Shown here: positions 20,343-29,569 of the stretch, piece by piece
Layout of the letters: the number at the start of each line of letters is the position of its first letter
Position numbering within the stretch: position 1 is the stretch's first letter
Origin: an uncultured Acidimicrobiaceae bacterium
GTDB lineage: Bacteria; Actinomycetota; Acidimicrobiia; Acidimicrobiales; Bog-793
NCBI GenBank assembly: GCA_963838845.1
Contig: CAWISR010000002.1
Span: 430,663 to 494,662 of the forward strand
Reading direction: 5' to 3'
Length of the DNA stretch: 64,000 nt
Made by a program: the position numbers and the translations under genes
Notes under the pieces: generated by a model
The model's database searches: none
Told to the model about the DNA's origin: nothing
What the model saw: the letters and a program-made list of their open reading frames with translations, nothing else

Positions 20343-20611
20343 AGCGTGCGTCCCCGACCGGCATGTCTGAAGGAGCGGGGCCGTGTCAATCCTCGCGACA
20401 GGCGGTTCTTCCTGCTCGATGCTCTGGGACTCGACGACACAACCTGAGTGAAGGCGCGCGCCATCGAGGCGTCGGGGTCAAGGTGGAGCGCCCGTAGCAA
20501 TGCGAGGACGAACGACCTTGACGCCGGCGCTGAGTGGCGCAGGATGTCTCCGGTTGTGGTCGGCGGTCGCTAAGCGCCGTTGGGTTCGCACCAAGTTCTC
20601 TCGCGTCAGAG

Positions 20612-20777
20612 ATCGTGAGAGCGGCAAGCTCGGTTGCCGAGGCATGTCTTCGCTGAGTCGCTCAGCATGGTGTGTTCCGGCCGCGAACGGGCGGGCTCAA
20701 TCACTTTGCCGGCTGCGCCACTCCTTTGAGTGGGAGCCCTGCCGATCGTCGAGCTCGCGCCCGTTCGCGTCCGAGCG
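20612..20777 (-). ncRNA. Predicted bridge RNA/seekRNA of IS copy 2
   Basis: Same sequence as 12790-12955. Confidence 0.75.
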
Positions 20778-21788
20778 TCACGCCGCCTTGGGGCTCTTGA
20801 GACAGCGGATCTCTCCGTCTCTGAGCCCGTAGTAGACGAGCGTGAGGACCTTGCGGGCGATGGCGACAGTCGCCTTTTTCTTGCCGCGCCGGTCGGCGAT
20901 CGACTGGAAGGCGGCTTCGAAGATGCCGGCGTGGTAGCGGGCGACGGTCTCGACTGCTGCCCAGCGCACGAGGCGCGAGCCTTGTTTCGTGATCTGACCG
21001 CGACGGACCTTGGTGTCGGACTCGCGATGAATCGGCGTGAGCCCCGCCCACGAACAGAGTGCCTCTGGTGAGGGAAAGCGCGAGACGTCGCCGATCTCGG
21101 CGACGAAGATCGCCGCCATCACTTCGCCGACGCCATAGATCGCCTGCACGGCGTTGTAACCGGGATCGTGGCGCAACAACAAATGCGTCTGGCGGTCGAT
21201 CTCGAGGATCTCGCGGTTGAAGAAACAGACGAGGTCGCGCAGCACCTCGATGCGGTGCGAATAGGCGCGAGGGATCTCGAGCGAGTCGAACTGGGCGGCA
21301 CCGCCGACGCCCCACATGTCGTTGCGAACGGGCAGCACACCGTTCTTCGCGAGGACGGCGTGTGCCTGAGCCTTCACGCCCGTGCGCATCGACGAGAGCT
21401 TGTTGCGGAATCTGACGAGCTCTCTCAGCTCACGGAGCTCCGGTGGCGCGATCCACGCCTCGGCAAGACGGCCGAGGCGCAACAGGTCGGCGAGGTCGTG
21501 CGCGTCGCGCTCGTCGTTCTTCACGCGGCGGTGTCCCCAGTCGTTTCCCTTCGGGTTGGCGAGGTGGACGACATAACCGAGACCCTCGAGCAGGTCCGCC
21601 GCCCAATACCAGCCGTAGGTGGCTTCGAGGATCACGTCGCTTCCAGCCGGCGCCGCCAACACCGCGGCGGCGAACTCACCGGGATCGTTGTCGATGCGCA
21701 CGCTCGAGAGCTGCTCTCCGCCTGCGTCCATGCGCACGATCACCGAACGGCGGCGGTGCAGGTCGATGCCGACGTACTCTCGTTCCAT
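20778..21788 (-). CDS. IS110 family transposase/recombinase
   Basis: Protein identical to 12956..13966. Confidence 0.96.
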   Translation of the reverse strand: MEREYVGIDLHRRRSVIVRMDAGGEQLSSVRIDNDPGEFAAAVLAAPAGSDVILEATYGWYWAADLLEGLGYVVHLANPKGNDWGHRRVKNDERDAHDLADLLRLGRLAEAWIAPPELRELRELVRFRNKLSSMRTGVKAQAHAVLAKNGVLPVRNDMWGVGGAAQFDSLEIPRAYSHRIEVLRDLVCFFNREILEIDRQTHLLLRHDPGYNAVQAIYGVGEVMAAIFVAEIGDVSRFPSPEALCSWAGLTPIHRESDTKVRRGQITKQGSRLVRWAAVETVARYHAGIFEAAFQSIADRRGKKKATVAIARKVLTLVYYGLRDGEIRCLKSPKAA

Positions 21789-22086
21789 CGGGGCCTCCCT
21801 TGTCGTGGGACTGGTGTGAGAAACCCCAGTTTCGCCATTGAGACTGGAACTCTCACGGGGAGCGGAGGCCCCGCTCCTTCATCGCATCACTTTTGTGACA
21901 TTCGGGAAATCGCGTAAGAGGCTGTGATCCGTCGGCCCAAAGCTAAGTTGAGTCGTGGGTTTACGAAACACCACATCGCCCGGACAGAATTAAATTGCGT
22001 AACCAGCCCAACGTGGGGTCCGTCGGCGGGTTAAGTAGCCCATTCGAACTCTCTTCGACAGAGTCAGTAGTCGTAGGCTGCCTCGT

Positions 22087-22614
22087 GTGATTGTTCCCGA
22101 CACGAAGGACTGGACATGGGTCCTCGAGCGAGCCTGTCCGGAGTGTGGCTTTGACGCAAGCAAATGCGAAGCTGAAGATGTCGCTGGTCTAATTCGAGAC
22201 GACGCGCAGGTATGGGAACGATTTCGGCGCAATGGCACCATTCGAGCTGGTCGTCCCAACGAGTCAACGTGGTCGACTCTCGAGTACACATGTCACGTGC
22301 GCGACGTCTATCGGATTTACAGAACACGGATCCAACGCATGCTGACCGAAGACGACCCTCTGTTTGAGAATTGGGACCAGGACGCCGCCGCAATGGTTCA
22401 TTCCTACGAGCAACAAGCTCCCGAGGTGGTCGCTGCTGAGCTCGCCTTTGCTGCCGAGTCGTTGGCGTCAACGCTCGACGGAGTGTCAGGTTCGTCCTGG
22501 CTTCGAGCTGGCCGTCGAAGTGACGGGGCGTCCTTCAGCGTTGGCACCATCGCCCGTTACATGATCCACGATCCCATCCATCACGCCTGGGATGTGCAGA
22601 AGCAGCACTCTTAG
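22087..22614 (+). CDS. DinB family protein
   Basis: DTKDWTWVLERACPECG, WSTLEYTCHVRD, HDPIHHAWD. Confidence 0.85.
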   Translation: MIVPDTKDWTWVLERACPECGFDASKCEAEDVAGLIRDDAQVWERFRRNGTIRAGRPNESTWSTLEYTCHVRDVYRIYRTRIQRMLTEDDPLFENWDQDAAAMVHSYEQQAPEVVAAELAFAAESLASTLDGVSGSSWLRAGRRSDGASFSVGTIARYMIHDPIHHAWDVQKQHS

Positions 22615-22684
22615 CATCTAGGACCCCTGATTATCGAAAGTACGGGGTCAGTGACGGTTGGGAACAGCGCTGATGGACGCGCCG

Positions 22685-22700
22685 CAATAGAACCCGATTA
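22685..22700 (+). repeat. Putative recombination site, type A
   Basis: CAAT-AGAACCCG-ATTA. Confidence 0.65.
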
Positions 22701-22806
22701 TGAGCGCCGAGCGGAAAGGGTGGAGCCCCATCTCGATTCGTCCCTGAGCAGCGACGCCTGACTTTCACTACCGTTCGGTCTGACCCATCTAGCGCCGGAG
22801 GCAGCC

Positions 22807-23103
22807 ATGCGGTTCCTTCAGTTCATTGAGTTCAAGACCGACGACATCGACGCATTCTCGGCTGAGGTCGACCAGTGGATAGCGGAGTCCAAGGATTGGC
22901 GAACGGCTTCGCGGTCCACTTTGTGCGCAGATCGTGACAACCCCGGTCATTACGTCAGCATCGTGGAATTCCCCTCCTACGAGGAAGCCATGGCCAACTC
23001 GAACGACCCCCGGACGGCCGAGTTCGCGGCGCGTTTGGAGAAAATCACATCCGGGGATCCGAAGTTCCGCAACCCCGACGTGCTCCGGGTTGAGGAGATG
23101 TAA
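22807..23103 (+). CDS. Small dimeric alpha/beta-barrel-like protein
   Basis: GGAGG RBS; DRDNPGHYVSIVEFPSYEEAMANS. Confidence 0.75.
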   Translation: MRFLQFIEFKTDDIDAFSAEVDQWIAESKDWRTASRSTLCADRDNPGHYVSIVEFPSYEEAMANSNDPRTAEFAARLEKITSGDPKFRNPDVLRVEEM

Positions 23104-23105
23104 GT

Positions 23106-23185
23106 CTCGGTGTAATTCCCCGATTAATGCGAAGCGCCGAAAGCCGCGTTTACTAAAGCGCGTATATCTGCACTATTACGCCGAG
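23106..23185. repeat. Composite element: shortened type A site, accessory motif and type B site
   Basis: TAAT-TCCCCG-ATTA (23113-23126) and TATA-TCTGCACT-ATTA (23163-23178); outer arms CTCGGTGTAAT/ATTACGCCGAG are near-complementary. Confidence 0.6.
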
Positions 23186-23563
23186 TCCTGAGGTAGTATC
23201 CGACGACGAGGTTGCACCGAGCGGAGCGAGCGGAGCCGCAAGCAACTGCTCGGTTCGCTCCCGAATCTGCTTGAGCGCGCATATATAACGAGAAACCAAT
23301 TTCCGGCTTGCTGCTATTCCGAGGGCCCGCTCTTTCGTCAGTTTTTGAGCGCCAGTACGTTCGGGCGCGTCCGAAGTCTTTAGTTCCTCCCAGATGACGT
23401 CGACGCAGAGATCCACGCAGTCGCCGCAAATCTGGACACCTCGTGCGGCGATCGTCTGTTTGACCTGCTCTTGCGACCGGCCACACCAGCTGCACTTCCC
23501 ATCGGCGCTTCCCGTTGGAACGGAGTCGTCGGCCACGGCGTTAATCCTCGCGGCTTTCGACAA
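23153..23563 (-). CDS. ClpX C4-type zinc-finger domain protein (boundaries uncertain)
   Basis: [30 protein letters not shown]; no AAA+ domain. Confidence 0.65.
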   Translation of the reverse strand: MSKAARINAVADDSVPTGSADGKCSWCGRSQEQVKQTIAARGVQICGDCVDLCVDVIWEELKTSDAPERTGAQKLTKERALGIAASRKLVSRYICALKQIRERTEQLLAAPLAPLGATSSSDTTSGLGVIVQIYAL

Positions 23564-23607
23564 GCCGGGCGCAATTGTTCAGTATTAAGCGAGATCCCCG
23601 ACGAGCA
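23540..23607 (+). repeat. Accessory motif, core site and unoccupied IS-target-like motif
   Basis: GTTAATCCTCGCGGCTTTCGAC, then CAAT-TGTTCAGT-ATTA (23572-23587), then AGCGAGATCCCCGACGAGCA. Confidence 0.6.
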
Positions 23608-23690
23608 CTGCCGCCGATATGTCCGCTCGCAGGTGGCGTAGTCCCTAACTTCTCAGGTCACGCGAGGTACTCATAACGTAGTATTCGTCG

Positions 23691-24638
23691 TTGAATTCTG
23701 TCGTCTTCGTGACCAATCGGGCGACAACGCGACGATTGGACCTCCTCGAAATGCGGTGCGAGACCGTTGCCACATCCCATGGTCTGAGGCCCGTCTTCTT
23801 CGAGCGTGTCTCCGACGCGAGCGTCTCGATAGAAAGGGAAGCTGCGCTCGAAGAGTGCGTTGCTGAGAATGAAGCCGAACTCGTCGTTGCCGTCGGTGGC
23901 GACGGCACTGTCCACGTCTGTGTGCAGGCAATCCACGAAAGCGGTGCTGCTCTCGCCATCGTGCCGAGGGGAGCCGCCAACCTGATCGCCCACTCCTTGG
24001 ACCTGCCTTTCGGGATAGACGATGCCCTAGCGGTCGGTTTTGGCAATCATGAGCGCAGGGTCGACGTGGCGGTGGTGAATGGTCGGATCTCGCTTGCGAT
24101 GGCAGGCATGGGATCGGACGCGGCGGTCATCCAAGCCACACCGGCGCTCTTCAAACGGCACCTTGGTTGGATTGGTTATGCCATCGGCGGGCTCTCCCAG
24201 CTGCATGCTGCGCCACACCACTTCGAGATCCGCCTCGACGATGGAGAGCCGATGTACAGGACGGCACATTCTGTTGTCGTCGGCAACGTCGGGATCTTGC
24301 CGGGAGGATTCGAGCTACTTCCCGGAGCACAGCTCGACGACGGGCTCCTCGACGTGGGGGTGCTCGCCGTCGACGGTCTGTGGGGCTGGACGCGGCTTGC
24401 TGGTCGCCTGCTCGAAGAGCGCGCTTACTCCGAGGCTGGCAATACGAGGCTGTATGCGAGCGATGAATATCCCTTTGGCGAGGATGGCGTCGAGCATTAC
24501 CAGGCCCGTCACGTGGAAGTCAGGGCGGAGACCGAACTCTGCTGCGAGGTGGACGGCGAAGTCATTGGCATGAGCCGTTCATTGAACATCGACGTGCGCG
24601 AACAAGCGCTCAGGGTGCGAGCCCCTGTCGCGCCCTGA
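23691..24638 (+). CDS. Diacylglycerol/lipid kinase family protein
   Basis: VAVGGDGT, IVPRGAANL, DDGLLDV, EVDGE. Confidence 0.88.
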   Translation: MNSVVFVTNRATTRRLDLLEMRCETVATSHGLRPVFFERVSDASVSIEREAALEECVAENEAELVVAVGGDGTVHVCVQAIHESGAALAIVPRGAANLIAHSLDLPFGIDDALAVGFGNHERRVDVAVVNGRISLAMAGMGSDAAVIQATPALFKRHLGWIGYAIGGLSQLHAAPHHFEIRLDDGEPMYRTAHSVVVGNVGILPGGFELLPGAQLDDGLLDVGVLAVDGLWGWTRLAGRLLEERAYSEAGNTRLYASDEYPFGEDGVEHYQARHVEVRAETELCCEVDGEVIGMSRSLNIDVREQALRVRAPVAP

Positions 24639-24667
24639 ATTGCCAACGCCGTCATTCAAAGAGAGCG

Positions 24668-24704
24668 CGATGAGTGTTGTCAGCACCGAATATCCGCACG
24701 ATGC
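24668..24704 (+). repeat. Degenerate type B site with conserved flank
   Basis: 28/35 identity to 12470-12504. Confidence 0.55.
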
Positions 24705-24819
24705 AAGGCGACGGAAATAGCCACGGCACTGGCCGGGCGCTCTCGCGGCGAGTTCGATCTGGCGGTACGACGATCTGTTCGAGGGTTCCCGACGGACACG
24801 TCGGGATAGCGTTGTCACG

Positions 24820-25272
24820 GTGCGGGGTCTCGTAATCGCTGTGGTGGCAGCGATCTCTGGGATTGCCCTCGGAGTGGGGATCGCGGGAGCGGTCGCCGCC
24901 AACGCATCCTCGCCCGTGCTTGGATCCAAAGCGTTCGCGGGTCCGAGCGGCGTCGGCTGGGGAACGTACAGACCGCGCGAGATCTTCAACGGCGGCGACC
25001 CAAGCGGATTGGTGAAGGCGATTACCTGGAGGCATTGGGGGAAAACGGAGGCTTATGGCAACGGGAAGACCTACATCTTCAAACCGACGGGTGGCTATTA
25101 CCCCGGCCTTGTGAATATCGAGCTGCGCGCTTCCGATCTGGGGCACTGCACAACCGGTGGCCCGCTCGCATACGAACATCTGGACGCCCGCGTACCGGCG
25201 AAGCCTGGAGGAAGGCTCGGGCCGTGGTTCGCCTGGAGCGACGCAAAGACGCTCTGCCATTTCGGGTTCTGA
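24820..25272 (+). CDS. Secreted hypothetical protein
   Basis: Signal peptide; GWGTYRPREIFNGGDPSG. Confidence 0.7.
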   Translation: MRGLVIAVVAAISGIALGVGIAGAVAANASSPVLGSKAFAGPSGVGWGTYRPREIFNGGDPSGLVKAITWRHWGKTEAYGNGKTYIFKPTGGYYPGLVNIELRASDLGHCTTGGPLAYEHLDARVPAKPGGRLGPWFAWSDAKTLCHFGF

Positions 25273-25345
25273 AGCTCATTCACCGTATCTGTGGCGCGCT
25301 GTCGAGGAGTGAGGGCTAGAAGTTCCCGGGCCAATCATTCTTTGA

Positions 25346-25816
25346 CTAGGAGTTTCTAGGCCGACAAGTGCCGGGCGCCCAGTTCCAGACTGCGAGGACC
25401 GGAGCGGGCAGACGGACCGGGCATTTCGTCCCGGCGATCCCAGTCAGACCGACGTCATCTGCTCTCCAAGGCTTCCCGGCTCTGCGGTTGAAGAGAAGGT
25501 AGCTGCCGTCATCTTGGACCGAGATCTGAGCCCGAAGCGACTTGCTGCTCGGAACGAGCGCCGCGCCCGCCCAGTACGTAGTGGTTGCGGGGTCGTAGGC
25601 GTAGTACGTCTCATCGGCCACGAGTCCCTTGAAGGCCGACGCCGGAAGCCCGTCGAGGGCCGCCCCGGCTTTCAACAGCTCGGCGCGGACCGTGCTTGTG
25701 ACCGAAAGATCCTTGACTTCTTGCGGGGAGGAAGACGATGAAGTCCGGCCCGCGGTCGCACTTCCGCACGCTGCCAACGTCGCTGCCAGAACAGCGAGAA
25801 CAACGAAACGCCTCAC
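25346..25816 (-). CDS. Lipoprotein
   Basis: Lipobox LAAC after a hydrophobic stretch. Confidence 0.75.
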   Translation of the reverse strand: MRRFVVLAVLAATLAACGSATAGRTSSSSSPQEVKDLSVTSTVRAELLKAGAALDGLPASAFKGLVADETYYAYDPATTTYWAGAALVPSSKSLRAQISVQDDGSYLLFNRRAGKPWRADDVGLTGIAGTKCPVRLPAPVLAVWNWAPGTCRPRNS

Positions 25817-25922
25817 TCGAGACCTCCAATTCTAAGCGATTCTGCGTTAGCGACGTAACTCAATGCAACGACTCGGTCATCTGGCCGCGCTAAGTGTCCG
25901 TCAACGCGCAATCGTCAGACTT

Positions 25923-25950
25923 CGCGTTTAATAGAACTCGATTAAACGCG
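25923..25950 (+). repeat. Putative recombination site, type A (best copy)
   Basis: CGCGTTTAAT-AGAACTCG-ATTAAACGCG: perfect 10-bp arms and asymmetric 8-bp spacer. Confidence 0.8.
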
Positions 25951-25971
25951 CACGCTTCTGCCCGTATTTCG

Positions 25972-26280
25972 TCATCGGGGGCTTCCTCCAGGTCCGTTAG
26001 AGGCGTTCGTTTCGACCAAGATCTCCAACACCTCACCGATCGTTCGTTCTCGACCGATAGGTTCTCCGAGGGGCAATTCGATCTGGATGGAGTAGCGGTT
26101 GCGACGCCCCTCTTTGTCCTTGACGACGTAACCGGATGCGATGAGGTCGGTGACGATTCCGAAGGCGCTGCGCTCGGTGATGCCGACCGTCGTGGCGATG
26201 TCGCGCAAACGCACCCCGGGGTCGTGGGCGATGCAGACGAGGGCTCGGGCATGGTTGGTGAGGAAGCTCCACTCCGCCAT
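25972..26280 (-). CDS. Winged-helix transcriptional regulator
   Basis: WSFLTNHARAL...RLRDIA..VGITERS...GRRNRY. Confidence 0.85.
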   Translation of the reverse strand: MAEWSFLTNHARALVCIAHDPGVRLRDIATTVGITERSAFGIVTDLIASGYVVKDKEGRRNRYSIQIELPLGEPIGRERTIGEVLEILVETNASNGPGGSPR

Positions 26281-26415
26281 GCGACGAAGTGTAGCAAAAT
26301 ATTTCTAGAAGCAACTTGCTAGTTATTCCTAACTAGAGTACAGTGATGTCGCAGACCCCCTAGCCCTCCTGTCGCCGACACCGAGTTGCTCGAGAGTCAG
26401 CGAAAGGATGCAGCC

Positions 26416-26694
26416 ATGAAATACATCACGTTGCTGAACCTGACACCGAAGGGCCGCGAGCACTTGCCCGAGGCCAAGGACATTCTCATCAAGATGACCG
26501 GAGTCGCCGAGCAATACGGCGGCAAGGTCGAGTCGGTGTGGGCGACCGTCGGCCACTATGACTTCATTGCCGTGGCCGAGTACGCGACCCCAGAGAACGC
26601 CTTCAGGGCGCGGGTCAAGCTGGCGGAGCTCGGATACTTCCTGCTCGAGGGCCTGGAGGCCTTCGACATGGAGTTCTTCCTCACGACCGTCTGA
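26416..26694 (+). CDS. GYD domain protein
   Basis: YITLLNLT..G...GGKVESVWATVGHYD. Confidence 0.8.
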   Translation: MKYITLLNLTPKGREHLPEAKDILIKMTGVAEQYGGKVESVWATVGHYDFIAVAEYATPENAFRARVKLAELGYFLLEGLEAFDMEFFLTTV

Positions 26695-26906
26695 CGTCTT
26701 TGTACGCGCCACCCCCAAAGTCGGGGGTGGCGCGTTCTCTGTCAGTGACCCCAAACATTCACGCGGAGGCTGGCTTCGAAGTGCCCCCAACCGCCGGCTC
26801 TGCGCACGTCGCCAGCCAGTTGCGCCCTACGGCATCAGCTTTACAGCGGTCTAACGACCGTCCAGCTTGCTCTGACTGTCGACCAGAAGGTGCCAATTCG
26901 CGGTGA

Positions 26907-28054
26907 AATGATCGCCCCACGCGTGTCTTCGTCCTCCTTTCTATGGCTGTCGTTGGTGCCGTTGCGATGGGGGTTGCCGCCGAGGCGGGCGCGACGAGAC
27001 CACCGGTTCTGACTTCGGTAGCGCAGCCTCGCTGCACCACTGCGGTCAACGACGGATCGGTCATCAACTCGGTTCAACCCCACTTTGTGACGACCGGCGG
27101 CGCTCCGTTCGGTGTCGCCGTTGCGAGAACGTCCGAGGAAGCATTCGTCTCTACTGGCGCCGCGACGGAGGCGTTCTCCCTCGCATCGACGCCACCGCGC
27201 CTCGTTGGTGAGATCGGGGCGGGTGGCGAGGGCGATGCAATAACTCCGGACGGAAAATACGTGCTTGTTGCTCAGGGAAATGCTGTAGCGATTCTGCCGA
27301 CCTCTCTCCACGGCTCGGCTTCTCCAGCATCGCTTAGTGTGCCGGGAGCCGGCGCGATCGAGGTGGCCGTCACGCCCGACGGGAGCGCCGCTTTCGTTTC
27401 GCTCGAAGACTCTGCTGCTATCGCCGTCTTCCGGCTGCACGAGACCGCGACTGCGCTGAACGGCGACTATGTCGGCAAGATCCCTGTCGGTCTCGCACCG
27501 GTGGGGCTCGCCTTCTCGCCCGACGGCAAGTGGCTGTACTCGACGAGTGAGGGTGGTGGCTCTCGCTTCGCGTGATCGACGTCGCGCGTGCCGAGTCCGA
27601 CCCGGCGCGCTCGGTCGTCGCGACTGTCGATGCCGGATGCGAGCCGGTGCGCGTCGCGGTGAGTCCCAACGGAACCGTCGTCTGGGTGACCGCGCGGGCA
27701 AGCGACGCCCTCCTCGGGTTCTCTGCCGCTCGGCTGCTCACCGATCCCGCGCAGTCGCTCGTTGCGGACGTGAGGGTCGGCGAGGCACCGGTCGGCCTCG
27801 CTGTCGTGAACAACGGCGCGACGGTTGTCGTGGCCGACTCGAATCGCTTTAACGTCGCCGGTGCGCACGCCAACCTCTTGGTCGTAAACACGACTGCTGC
27901 CCTCGCCCATCGTCCAGCCGTGCTCGGCCACATCGAATCTGGGTACTTCCCTCGCGACATGGCCATCGCGCCAAGCGGTCGATCGGTACTCGTGGCGAAC
28001 TTCAACTCTGGTCAGCTCGAGGAAGTTGGAGTGGCCTCGCTGGCGCGCGGCTGA
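26907..28054 (+). CDS. YncE-like secreted beta-propeller (frameshift near 27570)
   Basis: Repeated xPxGxAxSPDG motifs across ORFs 26943..27575 and 27572..28054. Confidence 0.75.
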
Positions 28055-28195
28055 TCGATATTCAGCCTCCAAGGTCCACTGAGTTCTACGCGAAACCCTG
28101 GAATATGCGTTCGGTCGCGACAGGACCAGGGGAGAGGCGTCACGCCGATACCGCCTCCTCACTACCCGCTGAACGCGTAGATTCACGGGGCGCGG

Positions 28196-28621
28196 GTGAT
28201 GGCTGAAAGTTTCGAATCTCGTGGGATGGCCGATCTCCGGCGCACGCGCACGTTCACCGTTGGGGTTACCGCGCCCGGCGTCAGTGGAGGGGGCCATTTA
28301 CACGTCGTACCGAACTCGTTGGTCTGTGAGCTTGGGCCCATTGCGAAGCGAGTCTCGGGGATCGCAAGTGTGACGCACGCGGGGTCAGTCGTCCACATCT
28401 ATCGCGCACGCCTTATTCCCTTTTGGTTCAACGTAGCTGCAATCATCGACGATGGAAGTGTCGCGGTGGGTGCGTCTACCTGGGCATTCGGACTGAATAG
28501 TTTCGTTAAGGCATTGAATGCCGCAGGCTTCACTGTGGAGGTTCACCGAACCTGGTTCTTCCGCGGACTCCATTTTTCAGACGTTGTCAGTCGGACGAAC
28601 GGCCGAGCCGCCAAGCCCTAG
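28196..28621 (+). CDS. Hypothetical protein
   Basis: 141-aa ORF. Confidence 0.5.
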   Translation: MMAESFESRGMADLRRTRTFTVGVTAPGVSGGGHLHVVPNSLVCELGPIAKRVSGIASVTHAGSVVHIYRARLIPFWFNVAAIIDDGSVAVGASTWAFGLNSFVKALNAAGFTVEVHRTWFFRGLHFSDVVSRTNGRAAKP

Positions 28622-28652
28622 TACCTCTCGCATCGTTCTTTTGCGGAAGGCG

Positions 28653-28694
28653 GCGGGTGCGCTCCCTGTAACACAGCACCCTTGCAAACTGCAT
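28653..28694 (+). repeat. About 41-bp dispersed repeat, copy 1
   Basis: GCGGGTGCGCTCCCTGTAACACAGCACCCTTGCAAACTGCAT; second copy at 32548-32587. Confidence 0.8.
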
Positions 28695-28763
28695 CTTTAA
28701 TCATCTTGCCGTCGCTCTGATGGATGCTTGGGAGGGAAGGCCCTCCGGAGCAAAGGCGCTCAA

Positions 28764-29234
28764 CTAACTCCTGATCAGATACAGCTCGACCGTACCGCTG
28801 TTCGAGTTGACGACGTTCAGTTCCTCATCCCAGCCGTTGCCGAAATTCTTTGTGTGTTTCCCAGGCGCACCGGAAGTGAAGACGTTATTCGTCCACATCC
28901 CGGCCCTTCCGCCGATGTAGTAATCAGCGAGCAGGATCATCGTGGCCCCAGCGAACTGAAGTTGGCTCGATGAAGCGTTGTCGATGTGCAAGTACCTCAA
29001 CGAGATCCCTTTTGGCGCTGCGAGCGCCTCCCAGGCCATGCCTTCGTAGTTCCTGGCGCACGTCCCGTACATTGCGTGGGCGCCGCCATCAGTTATGGAC
29101 CGCCAGTGCAAGCCGGGGACGTTCGCATTGATCTTCGCCTGTTCACTCGACACGTTTGTCGAGGCTCCCGCTGTCGTTACGGCAAGCATCAACGTCATGC
29201 CCACGATGACGAGTCCTACGAGGAATTTCCTCAT
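28764..29234 (-). CDS. Secreted hypothetical protein
   Basis: MRKFLVGLVIVG signal peptide; AGGAG RBS. Confidence 0.7.
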   Translation of the reverse strand: MRKFLVGLVIVGMTLMLAVTTAGASTNVSSEQAKINANVPGLHWRSITDGGAHAMYGTCARNYEGMAWEALAAPKGISLRYLHIDNASSSQLQFAGATMILLADYYIGGRAGMWTNNVFTSGAPGKHTKNFGNGWDEELNVVNSNSGTVELYLIRS

Positions 29235-29569
29235 CTCTACTCCTGCACAGAAATCTCGTTGATCGATGAAGGACCTCAATTGAACGTTGCTCTTCATCAA
29301 CGATGATCCCGCGAGTATGCGAGCGCATCGGCAATTTTGAAGATGAGGGAAGAATGCGAACCGGGGCAAGTCCCGATTCAAATGAAGCATTCACGAAGCG
29401 CATCGATTCGACCACCGAATGTGCTCTTCGCATTCAGAACCTGCAAATCGAGTTGGACTTCGAAGTCATCACGACGGCGAGGGAACAAACACAGGATCAC
29501 AACCGATACCACCCCTTCATCGTCAACGATTAACTCCAGTGTCAGGTTCCGTGAGGCAAGCTGCGGGAT

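Larger units (their letters stand above)
20361..21887 (-). mobile_element. IS110-family insertion sequence, IS1111-type, copy 2
   Basis: Matches copy 1 except one noticed substitution (12709 C / 20531 T); GCAT cores at 20361-20364 and 21884-21887. Confidence 0.93.

Noticed and set aside
20346..20364. GTGCG as a group II intron 5' end, or GCGTCCCCGACCGG as a tRNA-Glu att remnant
   Set aside because: No reverse transcriptase or domain V seen, copy 1 reads GAGCG, and the T-loop portion does not match.
10540..25950. The repeats as a CRISPR array
   Set aside because: Spacing is hundreds to thousands of bp with whole genes between copies, the repeats are degenerate, and there are no cas genes.
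25923..25950. Chromosomal dif site or canonical attC
   Set aside because: Lacks the XerD arm (TTATGT..A) and TAA-N6-TTA geometry; lacks RYYYAAC/GTTRRRY ends.
28077..28095. Possible decayed sites at 28077 (CACTGAGTTCTACGCGAA), 30745 (TCGATTACAAGACGC) and 2039 (AAAT-TGGCGCGC-ATTA)
   Set aside because: Only half-matches; cannot be separated from chance without a scored scan.
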